Source: Burkholderiales bacterium (GTDB lineage: Bacteria; Pseudomonadota; Gammaproteobacteria; Burkholderiales; SHXO01). Taken from it: DNA of 64,000 nucleotides. A model generated the notes under the pieces. That model searched no databases, was not told the origin of the DNA, and saw nothing but the letters and a program-made list of their open reading frames with translations. Made by a program: the position numbers and the translations under genes. Shown piece by piece: positions 20,262 through 30,200 of this stretch. How positions within the stretch are numbered: the stretch's first letter is position 1; each line of letters opens with the position of its first letter. The stretch covers positions 12,504-76,503 of the forward strand of contig DATJZQ010000013.1 of NCBI GenBank assembly GCA_035499005.1, in the 5' to 3' direction.

Positions 20262-22386
20262 GCAGGTACTCTTGCTTCCCGCCGAGCCAGCGCTGCACGT
20301 GCAGATGCGCCCGCTCCGGCCATTTGCGCAGCATCAAGTCCGCGGCGTCGCGCGCTGCTTCGAGCAGATCCAGGTCACGCTCGAGGTCGGCGAAGCGCAG
20401 CATGGGCAGGCCGCTCTGTCGAGCGCCGAGCAGCTCGCCGGGACCGCGCATGCGCAGATCGTGACGCGCGACCTCGAAGCCGTCCGAGCTTTCGTAGATG
20501 ATGCGCAGCCTCTCGCGCGCCGTGTTCGATAAGGAGTTCTGGTAAAGCAGGATGCATGCGCTGCTGTCTGCGCCCCGGCCCACCCGTCCGCGCAGCTGGT
20601 GCAGCTGTGCGAGGCCCATGCGTTCGGCATTCTCGATCACCATCAGCGACGCGTTGGGCACATCCACGCCGACCTCGATTACTGTCGTGGCCACCAGCAG
20701 CTGTACGGCACCGGATTGGAAAGCCTGCATTACCGCGGCCTTATCGGCGCTGCCGAGCCGACCATGCGCGAGGCCTACGGACAGCTCGGGGAACGTGCGC
20801 TTGATCCGATCGAAAGTGTCGAGAGCGGTCTGCAACAGCAAGGCCTCCGACTGTCTGCGGCCGGACCGGGGCCGCCTTGCCCCGGCCGGATCCACAGAGG
20901 AGATCCCCGCCTCCCCCTCCTCGATGAGCGGGCACACCCAATAGGCCTGGCGTCCCTCGGAACACGCATCGCGCACGCGCGCGATCACTTCGTCGCGGCG
21001 CTTGTCTGACACCAGCTTGGTGATCACCGGGGTGCGCCCCGGCGGCAGCTCGTCGATGACCGACACGTCGAGGTCGGCGTAAAAGCTCATCGCCAGCGTG
21101 CGTGGGATGGGCGTGGCGCTCATCATCAGCTGGTGCGGCTGCCCCGCGTCAGCCGCGCCTTTGCGCCGCAGCGCGAGGCGTTGCAACACGCCGAAGCGAT
21201 GCTGCTCGTCGACGACGGCGAGACCCAGGCGCTTGAAGCGCACCTCGTCCTGGAACAGGGCGTGGGTACCCACCACGATTTTGGTCTCGCCGCGCGCCAG
21301 GCTCTCGAGCTGCGCGCGCTTGTTCCCGCGCCGGACACCTCCAGCCAGCCTGGCGACGTCCAGGCCGAGGGGCGACAACCACTGGGAGAATTTCGCATAG
21401 TGCTGCTCGGCCAGGATTTCGGTGGGCGCCATGACCGCAACCTGGTAGCCGCTTTCGATCGCCTGCAGCGCCGCGAGCGCGGCGACAATGGTCTTGCCGC
21501 TGCCGACGTCGCCTTGCAGCAGCCTCTGCATCGGGTGCGGGCGGGCGAGGTCGGAGCGGATCTCGGCGAGCGTGCGCTGCTGGGCCTTGGTGAGCTTGAA
21601 CGGCAGTTGCGCGAGCAGTTGCCCGGACAGCCGGGCATGCCGGGTAAGGCGCGGTGCGGCAACGGTCTGACGCTTGCGGTAGTGCATCCGCATGGACAGC
21701 TGCTGCGCCAGCAACTCGTCGAACTTGACGCGCTGCCAAGCCGGATGGGTGCGCTCCTCCAGCGCGTCCAGGCGCGCATCCGGCGGCGGGTTGTGCAGGT
21801 ACGCGACGCTCTGCTTTACCGATGGCAGCCGCAGCGGCGCCATGATCTCCGGCGGAAGCGTGTCGGCGAGATCCGCCGCATGCAGCGCGCGTTGCACCAG
21901 ACGGCGCAGAACCGCTTGCGACAGGCCGGCAGTCGTGGGGTAAACCGGCGTCAGCGATTGGGGCAGCGTCTCGTCCGCCCGCAGCACACGCACGCGGGGA
22001 TGAATCATCTCAGCCCCGAAGAAGCCCTTGCGCAGCTCGCCCAGCAACCGCAGCCGCGCGCCCGGAGTGAGCTGCTTGAGGTAACTCGGGTAGAAGTGGA
22101 AGAAGCGCAGCTGTACCGGATCCTCGCCGTCGCGCACCCGGCACACGAGCGTACGCTTCGGCCGATACTGGATCAGGGCCTCCTCCACCTCTGCTTCGAT
22201 CTGCACCGTCTCGCCGGCCGGCGCATCGTGCACACGCACGACCTTGGTTTCATCCTCGTAGCGCAAGGGCAGATGGAAGACGAGATCGAGCTCGCGCCTC
22301 ACCCCGAGGCGGGTCAGCTTCTGCCGGGCGGCCGCCGACGTACCGGCTATTGCCGACGCCGACGTTGCGTCAAGTGCGGCTTTCAC
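20254..22386 (-). CDS. recG: ATP-dependent DNA helicase RecG
   Basis: Wedge-domain motif HLPLRYED, Walker [30 protein letters not shown] chose the GTG start at 22384-22386 because it gives an N-terminal length like E. coli RecG. The track ATG at 22476 would run deep into ridA. Confidence 0.85.
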   Translation of the reverse strand: MKAALDATSASAIAGTSAAARQKLTRLGVRRELDLVFHLPLRYEDETKVVRVHDAPAGETVQIEAEVEEALIQYRPKRTLVCRVRDGEDPVQLRFFHFYPSYLKQLTPGARLRLLGELRKGFFGAEMIHPRVRVLRADETLPQSLTPVYPTTAGLSQAVLRRLVQRALHAADLADTLPPEIMAPLRLPSVKQSVAYLHNPPPDARLDALEERTHPAWQRVKFDELLAQQLSMRMHYRKRQTVAAPRLTRHARLSGQLLAQLPFKLTKAQQRTLAEIRSDLARPHPMQRLLQGDVGSGKTIVAALAALQAIESGYQVAVMAPTEILAEQHYAKFSQWLSPLGLDVARLAGGVRRGNKRAQLESLARGETKIVVGTHALFQDEVRFKRLGLAVVDEQHRFGVLQRLALRRKGAADAGQPHQLMMSATPIPRTLAMSFYADLDVSVIDELPPGRTPVITKLVSDKRRDEVIARVRDACSEGRQAYWVCPLIEEGEAGISSVDPAGARRPRSGRRQSEALLLQTALDTFDRIKRTFPELSVGLAHGRLGSADKAAVMQAFQSGAVQLLVATTVIEVGVDVPNASLMVIENAERMGLAQLHQLRGRVGRGADSSACILLYQNSLSNTARERLRIIYESSDGFEVARHDLRMRGPGELLGARQSGLPMLRFADLERDLDLLEAARDAADLMLRKWPERAHLHVQRWLGGKQEYLRV

Positions 22387-22762
22387 CGACAACGAGTATC
22401 GCGTCGATCTCCACCAGAGCGCCGCGCGGCAGCGCCGCAACCGCGACCGCAGCGCGTGCTGGATAGGGCTGCGCAAAATACTGAGCCATCGCTTCGTTCA
22501 CGCGAGCAAAGTGTCCCATGTCGGTGAGGAACACCGTCACTTTCACGGCGTCATCGAGCGAGGCGCCTGCGGCGGCCGCCACCGCACGCAGATTGCGCAG
22601 CACCTGGTGGATCTGTGCGTCCACGCCTTCGGCGAGCGTCATCGTCGCAGGCTGCAACCCGACCTGGCCGGACAGGTAGACGGCGTCGCCGACGCGCACA
22701 GCCTGCGAATACGTTCCGATCGCCGGCGGAGCGTCGCTGGTGTGGATGGCTTGCCTGGTCAT
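22370..22762 (-). CDS. ridA: RidA/YjgF-family reactive intermediate deaminase
   Basis: Trimmed to [22 protein letters not shown] (ATG at 22762). 130 aa. C-terminal [19 protein letters not shown] is typical of RidA. Confidence 0.85.
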   Translation of the reverse strand: MTRQAIHTSDAPPAIGTYSQAVRVGDAVYLSGQVGLQPATMTLAEGVDAQIHQVLRNLRAVAAAAGASLDDAVKVTVFLTDMGHFARVNEAMAQYFAQPYPARAAVAVAALPRGALVEIDAILVVGESRT

Positions 22763-22818
22763 GAGGAGTCGGCGCGCAACGGTGAAGGGACGGTGGCTGC
22801 GCGCCCACACCGAATGGT

Positions 22819-24840
22819 ATGCGCAAACCGCGCCGCCCGCCACTGCCGCTGACGGCCTTTGGAGGCGTGGTAAGATGCGCCGCCGCATTCGTCACGAGAC
22901 CAGTGCAACCTAATCAAGCTCCCGCGGCACGCGACGCCGCCGCCGAGACGGCCAACGGGAATCACGGCGACATCCACGCCCGCAAGGGAGTGCTCGGACT
23001 CGCGGTAGGGGCGGTGGGCGTTGTGTATGGCGATATCGGCACCAGCCCCCTGTACGCCTTCAAGGAATCCTTCGGCGGCGCCCACCACGTGCCGCTGAAC
23101 CACGACAACGTCCTCGGTATTCTCTCGCTCATTTTCTGGGCGCTGACGGCGATCGTGACGGTGAAGTACGTCGTGTTCATCATGCGCGCGGACAATCGAG
23201 GCGAAGGCGGCATCATGGCGCTCATGGCCTTGGTGCGTCGCACCCTGCCGCTTCGCGGCCGCGGCGCCTGGGCGCTGCTGACGCTGGGCATGTTCGGGGC
23301 CGCGCTGTTCTATGGCGACGGCATGATCACTCCGGCCATCTCCGTGCTGTCTGCGGTCGAGGGGCTGGAGGTGGCTACTCCGCTGTTCCGTCCCTACATC
23401 ATCCCAATCACGATCGTCGTTCTCACCGCGCTATTCCTGTTTCAGCAACTCGGAAGCGGCCACGTCGGCAACTTCTTCGGGCCGGTGATGGTGGCCTGGT
23501 TCGTCGTTCTTGCTCTGCTCGGCATCACCAACATAGCGCACCAGCCCAGCGTGCTTGCCGCGCTCTATCCAGGCTATGCCGTGCAGTTCTTCAAAGAGGA
23601 CGGCTGGATGGGCTTCCTGACGCTGGGGGCGGTGTTCCTCGCCGTCACGGGCGCCGAAGCCCTGTATGCGGACATGGGACACTTCGGGAAACGGCCGATC
23701 CGGATCGCCTGGCTGTATCTCGTGTTTCCGTCCCTGATCCTCAACTACTTCGGGCAGGGTGCGCTGGTCCTCAACCAGCCCTCGGCCGTCGCCAACCCGT
23801 TCTTTCACCTCGCGCCGGACTGGGCCCTGTACCCGATGGTGGCGCTGGCCACCGTAGCTACGGTAATCGCTTCCCAGGCGGTAATCTCGGGCGCGTATTC
23901 CCTCACCCGGCAGGCTATCCAGCTCGGCTATTGCCCGCGCCTGATGATCGAGCACACCTCCGAGCGGGAGATCGGACAGGTGTATCTGCCGTGGATCAAC
24001 TGGAGCCTGTACTTCGCCGTCGTGGGGTTGGTCCTGGGCTTTGGTTCGTCGAGCAACCTTGCCGCCGCCTATGGGATCGCTGTCACAGGGACGATGATCG
24101 TCACGACGGTGCTCGCCTACTTCGTGGTGCGGCGCGTGTGGGGCTGGGGCTTGGTCGGCGCGACATCGGTCATCGGCGCGTTCCTGCTGGTGGATATTTC
24201 GTTCTTTGCTGCCAACGCGGTGAAGGTGCTGGACGGCGGCTGGTTCCCGCTGGTCGTCGGCGTGGTCGTCTACACGCTCCTGTCCACCTGGAAGCGCGGG
24301 AGGGAAGTCCTGTTCGAGCGGCTGCGGCCGGGCGCCATCGCGCTGGAGCCCTTCATACGCAGCATCACGGACCATCCGCCCCTGCGTGTACCCGGCACGG
24401 CTGTGTTCCTCACCGCTACGCGCGAGGGCGTGCCGCACGCGCTGCTGCACAATCTAAACCACAACAAGGTGCTGCACGAGCGCGTCGTACTGCTGACGGT
24501 ACGCGCGGAAGATATTCCGCACGTACCCGACGGCCAGCGCGTGGAGGTCGACCCGCTGGGCCACGAGTTCTACCGGGTTACCGTCCACTACGGATTCAAG
24601 GACGAACCGGATCTCCCGCGCGCGTTGGAGCTGAGCCGCGCCAGGGGGCTCGAGTTCAATCTGATGGAGACGTCGTTTTTCCTGAGCCGTCAGACCCTCG
24701 TGCCGACCCAGGCTCAGGGCATGGCGCTGTGGCGCGAGAAATTGTTCGCGGCGATGTCGCGCAATTCCGCCAGCGCCACCGCTTTCTTCAAGATTCCGAC
24801 CAACCGGGTGGTCGAGCTCGGCACCCGCATCGAGCTCTAG
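22819..24840 (+). CDS. kup: Potassium uptake transporter Kup (KUP/HAK/KT family)
   Basis: [14 protein letters not shown] motif, about 12 TM segments and a cytoplasmic C-terminal domain. Start uncertain: ATG 22819 gives an unusually long N-terminus, and the in-frame GTG at 22903 is an alternative. Confidence 0.85.
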   Translation: MRKPRRPPLPLTAFGGVVRCAAAFVTRPVQPNQAPAARDAAAETANGNHGDIHARKGVLGLAVGAVGVVYGDIGTSPLYAFKESFGGAHHVPLNHDNVLGILSLIFWALTAIVTVKYVVFIMRADNRGEGGIMALMALVRRTLPLRGRGAWALLTLGMFGAALFYGDGMITPAISVLSAVEGLEVATPLFRPYIIPITIVVLTALFLFQQLGSGHVGNFFGPVMVAWFVVLALLGITNIAHQPSVLAALYPGYAVQFFKEDGWMGFLTLGAVFLAVTGAEALYADMGHFGKRPIRIAWLYLVFPSLILNYFGQGALVLNQPSAVANPFFHLAPDWALYPMVALATVATVIASQAVISGAYSLTRQAIQLGYCPRLMIEHTSEREIGQVYLPWINWSLYFAVVGLVLGFGSSSNLAAAYGIAVTGTMIVTTVLAYFVVRRVWGWGLVGATSVIGAFLLVDISFFAANAVKVLDGGWFPLVVGVVVYTLLSTWKRGREVLFERLRPGAIALEPFIRSITDHPPLRVPGTAVFLTATREGVPHALLHNLNHNKVLHERVVLLTVRAEDIPHVPDGQRVEVDPLGHEFYRVTVHYGFKDEPDLPRALELSRARGLEFNLMETSFFLSRQTLVPTQAQGMALWREKLFAAMSRNSASATAFFKIPTNRVVELGTRIEL

Positions 24841-24927
24841 AGCACGCTTGATCGTGGGAGACGCACGTCCGCTATGGCCTGATCAGGCACCGAACGCGAC
24901 GCCCGCTGCAATCGGGACAGCCCGGTG

Positions 24928-25296
24928 TCAGTAGTCGTCGCGGTCTTCGTCGGCGCCGCGGCGCTCCTCGAATTCCTCTTCGTAGTCCTCGTCGTAGCTG
25001 TCGAGGTCCTCGGTGGCCCACTCGCGCTCCTCGATCACGTCGTTGGCGATCTCGTGCACGCGCGATTCGACGTCGGACTTGGCTTCCTGCTCGGCCTTGG
25101 CGGTAGGATAGTCACCGTCGACGATCTCGACTTCGACGCCAGCGTGCTCGCCATCGTCGACCGCGATCGCCGCCTTGGGCCACTCCTTGTGGAGTTGCTC
25201 GAGCAGGATGTCCTTGAAGGCTTCGTAGTCCTCGTCGGATACCAGGCCAAGCATGTCCCGGTCAGCGTAATAGGTGATGACGAGTTGTCTGCTCAT
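24928..25296 (-). CDS. Hypothetical hyper-acidic small protein (122 aa)
   Basis: Trimmed to MSRQLVITYY (ATG 25294-25296), preceded by GGGAGTGAGG 4 nt upstream. 19 Asp + 22 Glu versus 12 Lys/Arg. The opposite-strand ORF 24925-25419 is the Val/Leu-rich mirror typical of an antisense shadow. Confidence 0.6.
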   Translation of the reverse strand: MSRQLVITYYADRDMLGLVSDEDYEAFKDILLEQLHKEWPKAAIAVDDGEHAGVEVEIVDGDYPTAKAEQEAKSDVESRVHEIANDVIEEREWATEDLDSYDEDYEEEFEERRGADEDRDDY

Positions 25297-25568
25297 CGAC
25301 CTCACTCCCTGAGCCTCTGCGCCAACTGGCACCGAGCGCGATCAGCCGTGCAATTCACACCCCAGCCAAGTACCGGCAAAAAGCATAGCACGACGCCATT
25401 GCCGCGTCCCTTGTGGTGAACATTTGGCCGCGCGGAGAACGACCCTTCCTGCGTTCTGGCACGATCGATGCGAGGGGTTTCAATACAGGTCGGCCGAGCG
25501 CGCCGTCTCAGCTCGGTGAAATGGTCCCTCGGGACCGGGGAGGCTGCAGAATGACCAGAGGAAGCGCG

Positions 25569-25644
<76 letters not shown>

Positions 25645-25788
25645 ACGCTTTCCGGGCGACCGGGTCGCCCCAAGAATTTGATTACCTTGGCACTCTTGGA
25701 TAGCGCCACGGGCCGCGAGCGGTCGCATATTATACTCAAACGCTGCGCGCGGTAAATCGAGCTTGAGCGCACCAAAACGAGAGCACGC

Positions 25789-26577
25789 GTGAACCTGAGC
25801 GACAAGCCGTACGGCTACAAACGCATCGTCCCCCTGGACCGCGGCGCACGGCTGCGTCTGCCCGAATCGGGCGAGGCGCCGGCCTTCTGCCACCGCCTTC
25901 ACGCCGTTCCTATCAGCGCCGCCGAGTTCACGGCCGCGGTGCGCGACTATCCGATCGTGTTCGTGCGCCGGAGCGGCCAGAGCGGCCTCGCCTCCGCCTT
26001 CACGTCGATGGTCATCCTCGGCATGCACGAGGGCCAGAACCTGTTTGTCATGGCGGACGGGAAGTGGGACCGCCGCACGTACATGCCGGCCTATGTGCGC
26101 CGCTACCCGTTTTGCCTCGTGGCGGCGCAAGAGGTGGCTGCGGTCGGCCAGAGCGAACGTCTGATCTGCATCGATCCTGAAGCTGTGGACGAAGCCCAGG
26201 GGCGCCCGATGTTCGACGAGCTGGGCGAGCCGCTGCCGCATTGGACGATGATCGAACGCATGCTGCACGAATACGAGGACGACCTCACCCTGACGCGCGA
26301 CATGTGCAACGCGTTCGCACGCCTGAATCTGCTCGAGCCGTTCACCCTGCGCGCCGAGCTGGTCGGTGGGTTCTCGCTGTCGATGGAGGATCTGTTCCGC
26401 GTGAATCGTGAAGCCCTGCTCGAGCTCGGGCACGGAGAACTGCACGACCTCGTGTCCAAGGGCTGGCTGGATCACATCTACGCGCACCTGTTCTCGCAGG
26501 ACAACTTCCAGCGCCTGTTGAGCCGCCGCAGCTTCTTCGCCGCAGACCCACCCACCAATCCCAAACACTACAACTAG
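25789..26577 (+). CDS. SapC-family protein
   Basis: 262 aa with GTG start. Contains YMPAYVRRYPF and YPIVFV, which I recognise as SapC-family (PF07277-type) signatures. Confidence 0.7.
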   Translation: MNLSDKPYGYKRIVPLDRGARLRLPESGEAPAFCHRLHAVPISAAEFTAAVRDYPIVFVRRSGQSGLASAFTSMVILGMHEGQNLFVMADGKWDRRTYMPAYVRRYPFCLVAAQEVAAVGQSERLICIDPEAVDEAQGRPMFDELGEPLPHWTMIERMLHEYEDDLTLTRDMCNAFARLNLLEPFTLRAELVGGFSLSMEDLFRVNREALLELGHGELHDLVSKGWLDHIYAHLFSQDNFQRLLSRRSFFAADPPTNPKHYN

Positions 26578-26591
26578 GGACGTTCGAGTTC

Positions 26592-27389
26592 CTAGAGCCG
26601 GACACGGGCGCGGTGCGGGCGATAAGCCCAGACCAGCAGGACGATCCCGCCGATGATCATCGGCACGCTGAGCCACTGTCCCATCGACAGCCCCATCGGA
26701 AGCGGCCCAAGGAAGCGATCGGGCTCGCGGGTAAACTCGACCAGGAAGCGCAGCACGCCGTAGCCGAGCAGGAAGACGGCCGATACGGCGCCGAGCGGTC
26801 GCGGCTTGCTCGAGTAGACCCACACAATCACGAACAGCAGCGCGCCTTCCAATCCCGCCTCGTACAGCTGCGAGGGATGCCTCGGCAGCGAATCCAAGCT
26901 CGGAAAGATCATCGCCCACGGCACTTCGGTCGGACGGCCCCAGAGCTCGGCATTGATGAAGTTGCCGATGCGGCCCGCGCCGAGCCCGAGAGGCGCGAGC
27001 GGCGCGAGGAAATCGGTCACCGCAAACCAGTGGCGTCCGGTGCGGTGAGCGAACCACCACATCGCGAGAATGACGCCGAGGAAGCCGCCGTGAAAGGACA
27101 TGCCGCCCTCCCAGACGTACAGGATGCGGATGGGCTCGTGCATGTACTCTGCGAAGTTGTAGAAGAACACGTAACCCAGCCGCCCGCCCAGCACCACGCC
27201 GAGAACACAGTAGAAAAGCAGATCATCCAGGTCGCGCGTGGTCCAGCCCAAGTCGGGACGGGAACGTATGCGCAGCCGCCCGAGCAGCAACCCCGCCACG
27301 AAGCCGACCAGGTACATGAGGCCGTACCACCGGACGGAAACCGGACCCAGCTGCAGCGCCACGGGATCGAACTGAGGATGGACCAACAT
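26592..27389 (-). CDS. lgt: Prolipoprotein diacylglyceryl transferase Lgt
   Basis: 265 aa. [64 protein letters not shown]. Confidence 0.95.
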   Translation of the reverse strand: MLVHPQFDPVALQLGPVSVRWYGLMYLVGFVAGLLLGRLRIRSRPDLGWTTRDLDDLLFYCVLGVVLGGRLGYVFFYNFAEYMHEPIRILYVWEGGMSFHGGFLGVILAMWWFAHRTGRHWFAVTDFLAPLAPLGLGAGRIGNFINAELWGRPTEVPWAMIFPSLDSLPRHPSQLYEAGLEGALLFVIVWVYSSKPRPLGAVSAVFLLGYGVLRFLVEFTREPDRFLGPLPMGLSMGQWLSVPMIIGGIVLLVWAYRPHRARVRL

Positions 27390-27576
27390 CGGTTTGCCAG
27401 ATCATCGCGCGGCCTGTCGTCCTTGCCGCAACGGCGGCATTATAAGGGAGGCGGTTCCCGCCGCCCGCGGACCCCGCCCGGAGCGGACCGATGGTCGGTT
27501 TGCAGCCACTGGCGCATGCGGGCGCAATAGCGTCACAATCCATCGCTAATTTGCGGTTTAAGGGCAGGAGCACGAC

Positions 27577-29121
27577 ATGCTGAGCTGGATCAGAGGGAGG
27601 AGATCGGATCATCTCCTCGACGACAAGCAGGGCGCCAACACTCTGCTCGACGAGCTCGCGGGGAAGGACCCGATACCGGCGCTCGAGCTGGTCTCCTCTT
27701 ATCTCGATGCGGTGAAGACCGCGGAGAACCTCAGGCCTGGACGTGCCTTCGATATCGTCGACCTGCTCGATCGCAGCGGCCGTCCGTTCGAGCGGCGGCT
27801 GAACCAGGCCCTGATCGCCGAAGGCCAGCGCCTGACCAAGTTCCAGCAGACGCGGCTTTGGACCACAGTTCACGGCTACTGGACGCAGCTCGCCGAGGGG
27901 TACCGCTTCTGCCTGGCCAAGTACGAGGTTGGCGCGGTGGGCGCTTCCGCGCTCAAGCCGCAACTGCCCCGCATCACCTGCCGGGGCATGCGGGCCTGCA
28001 GTGCACAGCTGAAATGGACGCTGCTGCGTTACGGCCCGGTCGATCCGCAGGTGTGGCAGGACCTGGGCGGCATGTACCTGCTCGCCGAGTCGTTCGGATT
28101 CGCACAGGCGACTCTTGGCATCTACCGCGGCGCGCGTGGCGAGTCCAGCCCCGAGCGCGAGCTGCTGCGCGCTCTCATGCTGGCGGTGTCTTCGCCCGAC
28201 GGCCTGCTCCCGGCGCAGATCGAAATAGCGGAGCGCGTCATCGCGCAGCTGGCAGGCCTGTTTCGCCTTGCACCGCGGCCCGCGCGCGGTGTGCACTACA
28301 TCTTCGAGCTGTCGGGTGAGCGCGCGCCCGGGCGGCTGCCCGCCAACTCGCGCCTGACCGCGGGCATGCGCGGCTTCGGCGCGGGCGAGGCCGCTGGCGA
28401 AGTCGAGCGGATCATGCAATCCATCGACCGGAATCGCGCGCTACCCGACGATCTGACGCTCGGGGGCGACTATGATCCGACGCTGGTGCAAACTACCCTG
28501 CGTCATCTTCTGCGCTATTGGGCGCCAACGTTGCCGCAACGCAAGGAGCGCCGCCGCCGCCACGTCGAGCGCGTAAGCGTCGTGCACGACTACGACGAGG
28601 TCGTAGCCAACGTGGGCGGGTTATTTCTCGAATCGCCGTTCGTCAGCAACGACGAGGAGTGGGTGATCGAGAATGAGAGCGTGGGCGGGCTCGGGGCTTT
28701 TGTCTCGCAGCCGCACGGCGCCTGGCTCAAGGTGGGCAACCTGATCGGCATCCGGCGCGAGGAGGGCGTGTGCTGGGGCGCTGGAATCGTTAGGCGCGTC
28801 ACCACCGACGAGCAGACCCACCGTCATATCGGCATCGAAATCCTGGCGCATGGCGGCGCGGCGGTGACTATCCTGCCGGCGTCGACCGGCCCAAAGGATA
28901 GCCAGCTCCCGCCGCAGGGCGAGCTGTGCATTCTGCTGCCCTCGGCCGCCGTCCGGACCGGCGAGGCGACGCTGCTCATGCGCGCCGGTCTGTTCTCTCC
29001 GTCGCGCAACCTGATCATGCGCGCTTACGATCGTCAGTATCTGCTGCTTCCGCTCGGCCTGCTGGAGGGGAGCGGCGAGTTCGACCTCGCCCACTACCGG
29101 ATCTTCGAGCAAACGCGTTAG
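27577..29121 (+). CDS. Hypothetical protein with C-terminal PilZ-like domain
   Basis: 514 aa with coding-like GC3. GCAGGAG precedes the ATG. Motif pair RKERRRRHVER ... NESVGG (RxxxR and D/NxSxxG), followed by a beta-rich segment. I recognise no family for the N-terminal ~330 aa. Confidence 0.6.
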   Translation: MLSWIRGRRSDHLLDDKQGANTLLDELAGKDPIPALELVSSYLDAVKTAENLRPGRAFDIVDLLDRSGRPFERRLNQALIAEGQRLTKFQQTRLWTTVHGYWTQLAEGYRFCLAKYEVGAVGASALKPQLPRITCRGMRACSAQLKWTLLRYGPVDPQVWQDLGGMYLLAESFGFAQATLGIYRGARGESSPERELLRALMLAVSSPDGLLPAQIEIAERVIAQLAGLFRLAPRPARGVHYIFELSGERAPGRLPANSRLTAGMRGFGAGEAAGEVERIMQSIDRNRALPDDLTLGGDYDPTLVQTTLRHLLRYWAPTLPQRKERRRRHVERVSVVHDYDEVVANVGGLFLESPFVSNDEEWVIENESVGGLGAFVSQPHGAWLKVGNLIGIRREEGVCWGAGIVRRVTTDEQTHRHIGIEILAHGGAAVTILPASTGPKDSQLPPQGELCILLPSAAVRTGEATLLMRAGLFSPSRNLIMRAYDRQYLLLPLGLLEGSGEFDLAHYRIFEQTR

Positions 29122-29133
29122 ATCCGGCGCTCG

Positions 29134-30018
29134 TCAGTCCAGCTCGTCGATGTCGCGCGGCCAGCTCTTTTTCAGGAGGCGCGACAGGGTACGGTCGGCG
29201 AGCACGCGCCCGCCGGTCTGGCAGCGCGCGCAGTAGTTGGTCTCGTTGTCGGCATAGACGATGCGCTGCACGGGCGCGCCGCACACCGGACACGGCTGGC
29301 GATAGCGCCCATGCACGGCCATCCCGTCGCGAAACGCGGTGACCTTCGCCGGAAAAGCGTCCCCGGTTTCCTGCCGCAGCCGCTGTGTCCATTCGGTCAG
29401 GGTCTGCTGCGTCGCCTGATACAGGCGCGCCATCTCCTCCTGCGAGAGGCGCGACGTCAGCGCGACCGGCGACAGCTTCGCGCAGTGCAGGATTTCGTCC
29501 GAGTAAGCGTTGCCGATCCCGCTCAGGATGTGTGGATCCGTGAGCGCACGCTTGAGCGTATGGTTGTCCGCCGTGAGCCGTGCAGAAAACGCCGCGAGGT
29601 CTGCCTGCAGAACATCGAGGCCGCCGGGGTCGAGGCGTTTGAGATTCGCCTCGCCGTGCACGATATGCAGCGACGCTCGACGCCTGGTGCCGGCCTCGGT
29701 GAGAACCAGCTGTCCGCTGCTGAATTCGAAGACAGCCAGACGCCGGCGCGGCGGAACCTTGGCCCCGGGCGCAACCCACAGCAGCCGGCCCGCCACCATC
29801 AAGTGCAGGACCGCGAACAGCTCGCCTTCGAGCTCGAGCACGATGCGCTTGCCAATGCGGCGCAGCGCGAGGACTCGCTTACCCGGTGCCGCGCTGACGG
29901 GCGGATCGACCGAGCGCAGGACGAAGGGGTCGAGGAGCTGCACGCGCTCCAGCCGCTGCCCGACGATTCTCGCTTCCAGCGCCTCGATATAGAGGGTGAT
30001 GTCGGGCAATTCGGGCAT
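29134..30018 (-). CDS. Fpg/Nei-family DNA glycosylase / AP lyase
   Basis: 294 aa. Catalytic N-terminus MPELPD, H2TH segment LTDPHILSGIGNAYSDEILH, C-terminal zinc finger CPVCG...CARCQ. Confidence 0.85.
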   Translation of the reverse strand: MPELPDITLYIEALEARIVGQRLERVQLLDPFVLRSVDPPVSAAPGKRVLALRRIGKRIVLELEGELFAVLHLMVAGRLLWVAPGAKVPPRRRLAVFEFSSGQLVLTEAGTRRRASLHIVHGEANLKRLDPGGLDVLQADLAAFSARLTADNHTLKRALTDPHILSGIGNAYSDEILHCAKLSPVALTSRLSQEEMARLYQATQQTLTEWTQRLRQETGDAFPAKVTAFRDGMAVHGRYRQPCPVCGAPVQRIVYADNETNYCARCQTGGRVLADRTLSRLLKKSWPRDIDELD

Positions 30019-30031
30019 CAGTCAGATCAAA

Positions 30032-30186
30032 CCGCGGAGGCGCAGAGAGCGCAGAGAAGAACAAAACAAGAACGGCAAGATTTGAAGTATGAGCGAGCCG
30101 ACACGATCGGGGGCAGCTACCCAGGCCATTCCCTGATGGTATTTGAACCGCTGTTGCCGTTCTCCGCGCTCTCTGCGTCTCCGCAG
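30032..30186. repeat. MITE-like intergenic element, copy 1 (26-nt terminal inverted repeats around an AT-richer core)
   Basis: Left arm CCGCGGAGGCGCAGAGAGCGCAGAGA (30032-30057). The reverse complement of the right arm (30161-30186) is CTGCGGAGACGCAGAGAGCGCGGAGA, matching 23/26. A second, gapped match GAACGGCAA/TTGCCGTTC extends the stem. Fills the fpg-mtgA spacer. Confidence 0.75.
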
Positions 30187-30200
30187 TGCAATGTCTCCTT

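Noticed and set aside
24854-24863. Possible att-like direct repeat: GTGGGAGACG resembles the tRNA-Ala 3' end GTGGAGACG (25571-25579). This would bracket a ~0.7 kb islet carrying the acidic protein gene.
   Set aside because: The match is only about 9-10 nt with an indel, well within chance for 64 kb of GC-rich DNA. There is no integrase and no compositional break.
24877-24888. Perfect 12-nt palindrome GCCTGATCAGGC between the convergent kup and acidic-protein genes.
   Set aside because: It is too short to form a stable terminator hairpin and has no flanking T-tract. A single occurrence is insufficient to call a protein-binding site.
27223-28419. 398-aa ORF on the minus strand opposite the PilZ-like gene.
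   Set aside because: It is Arg/Ala/Gly-rich with no recognisable motifs, and it lies fully antisense to an ORF with better coding character. This is a typical high-GC shadow ORF.
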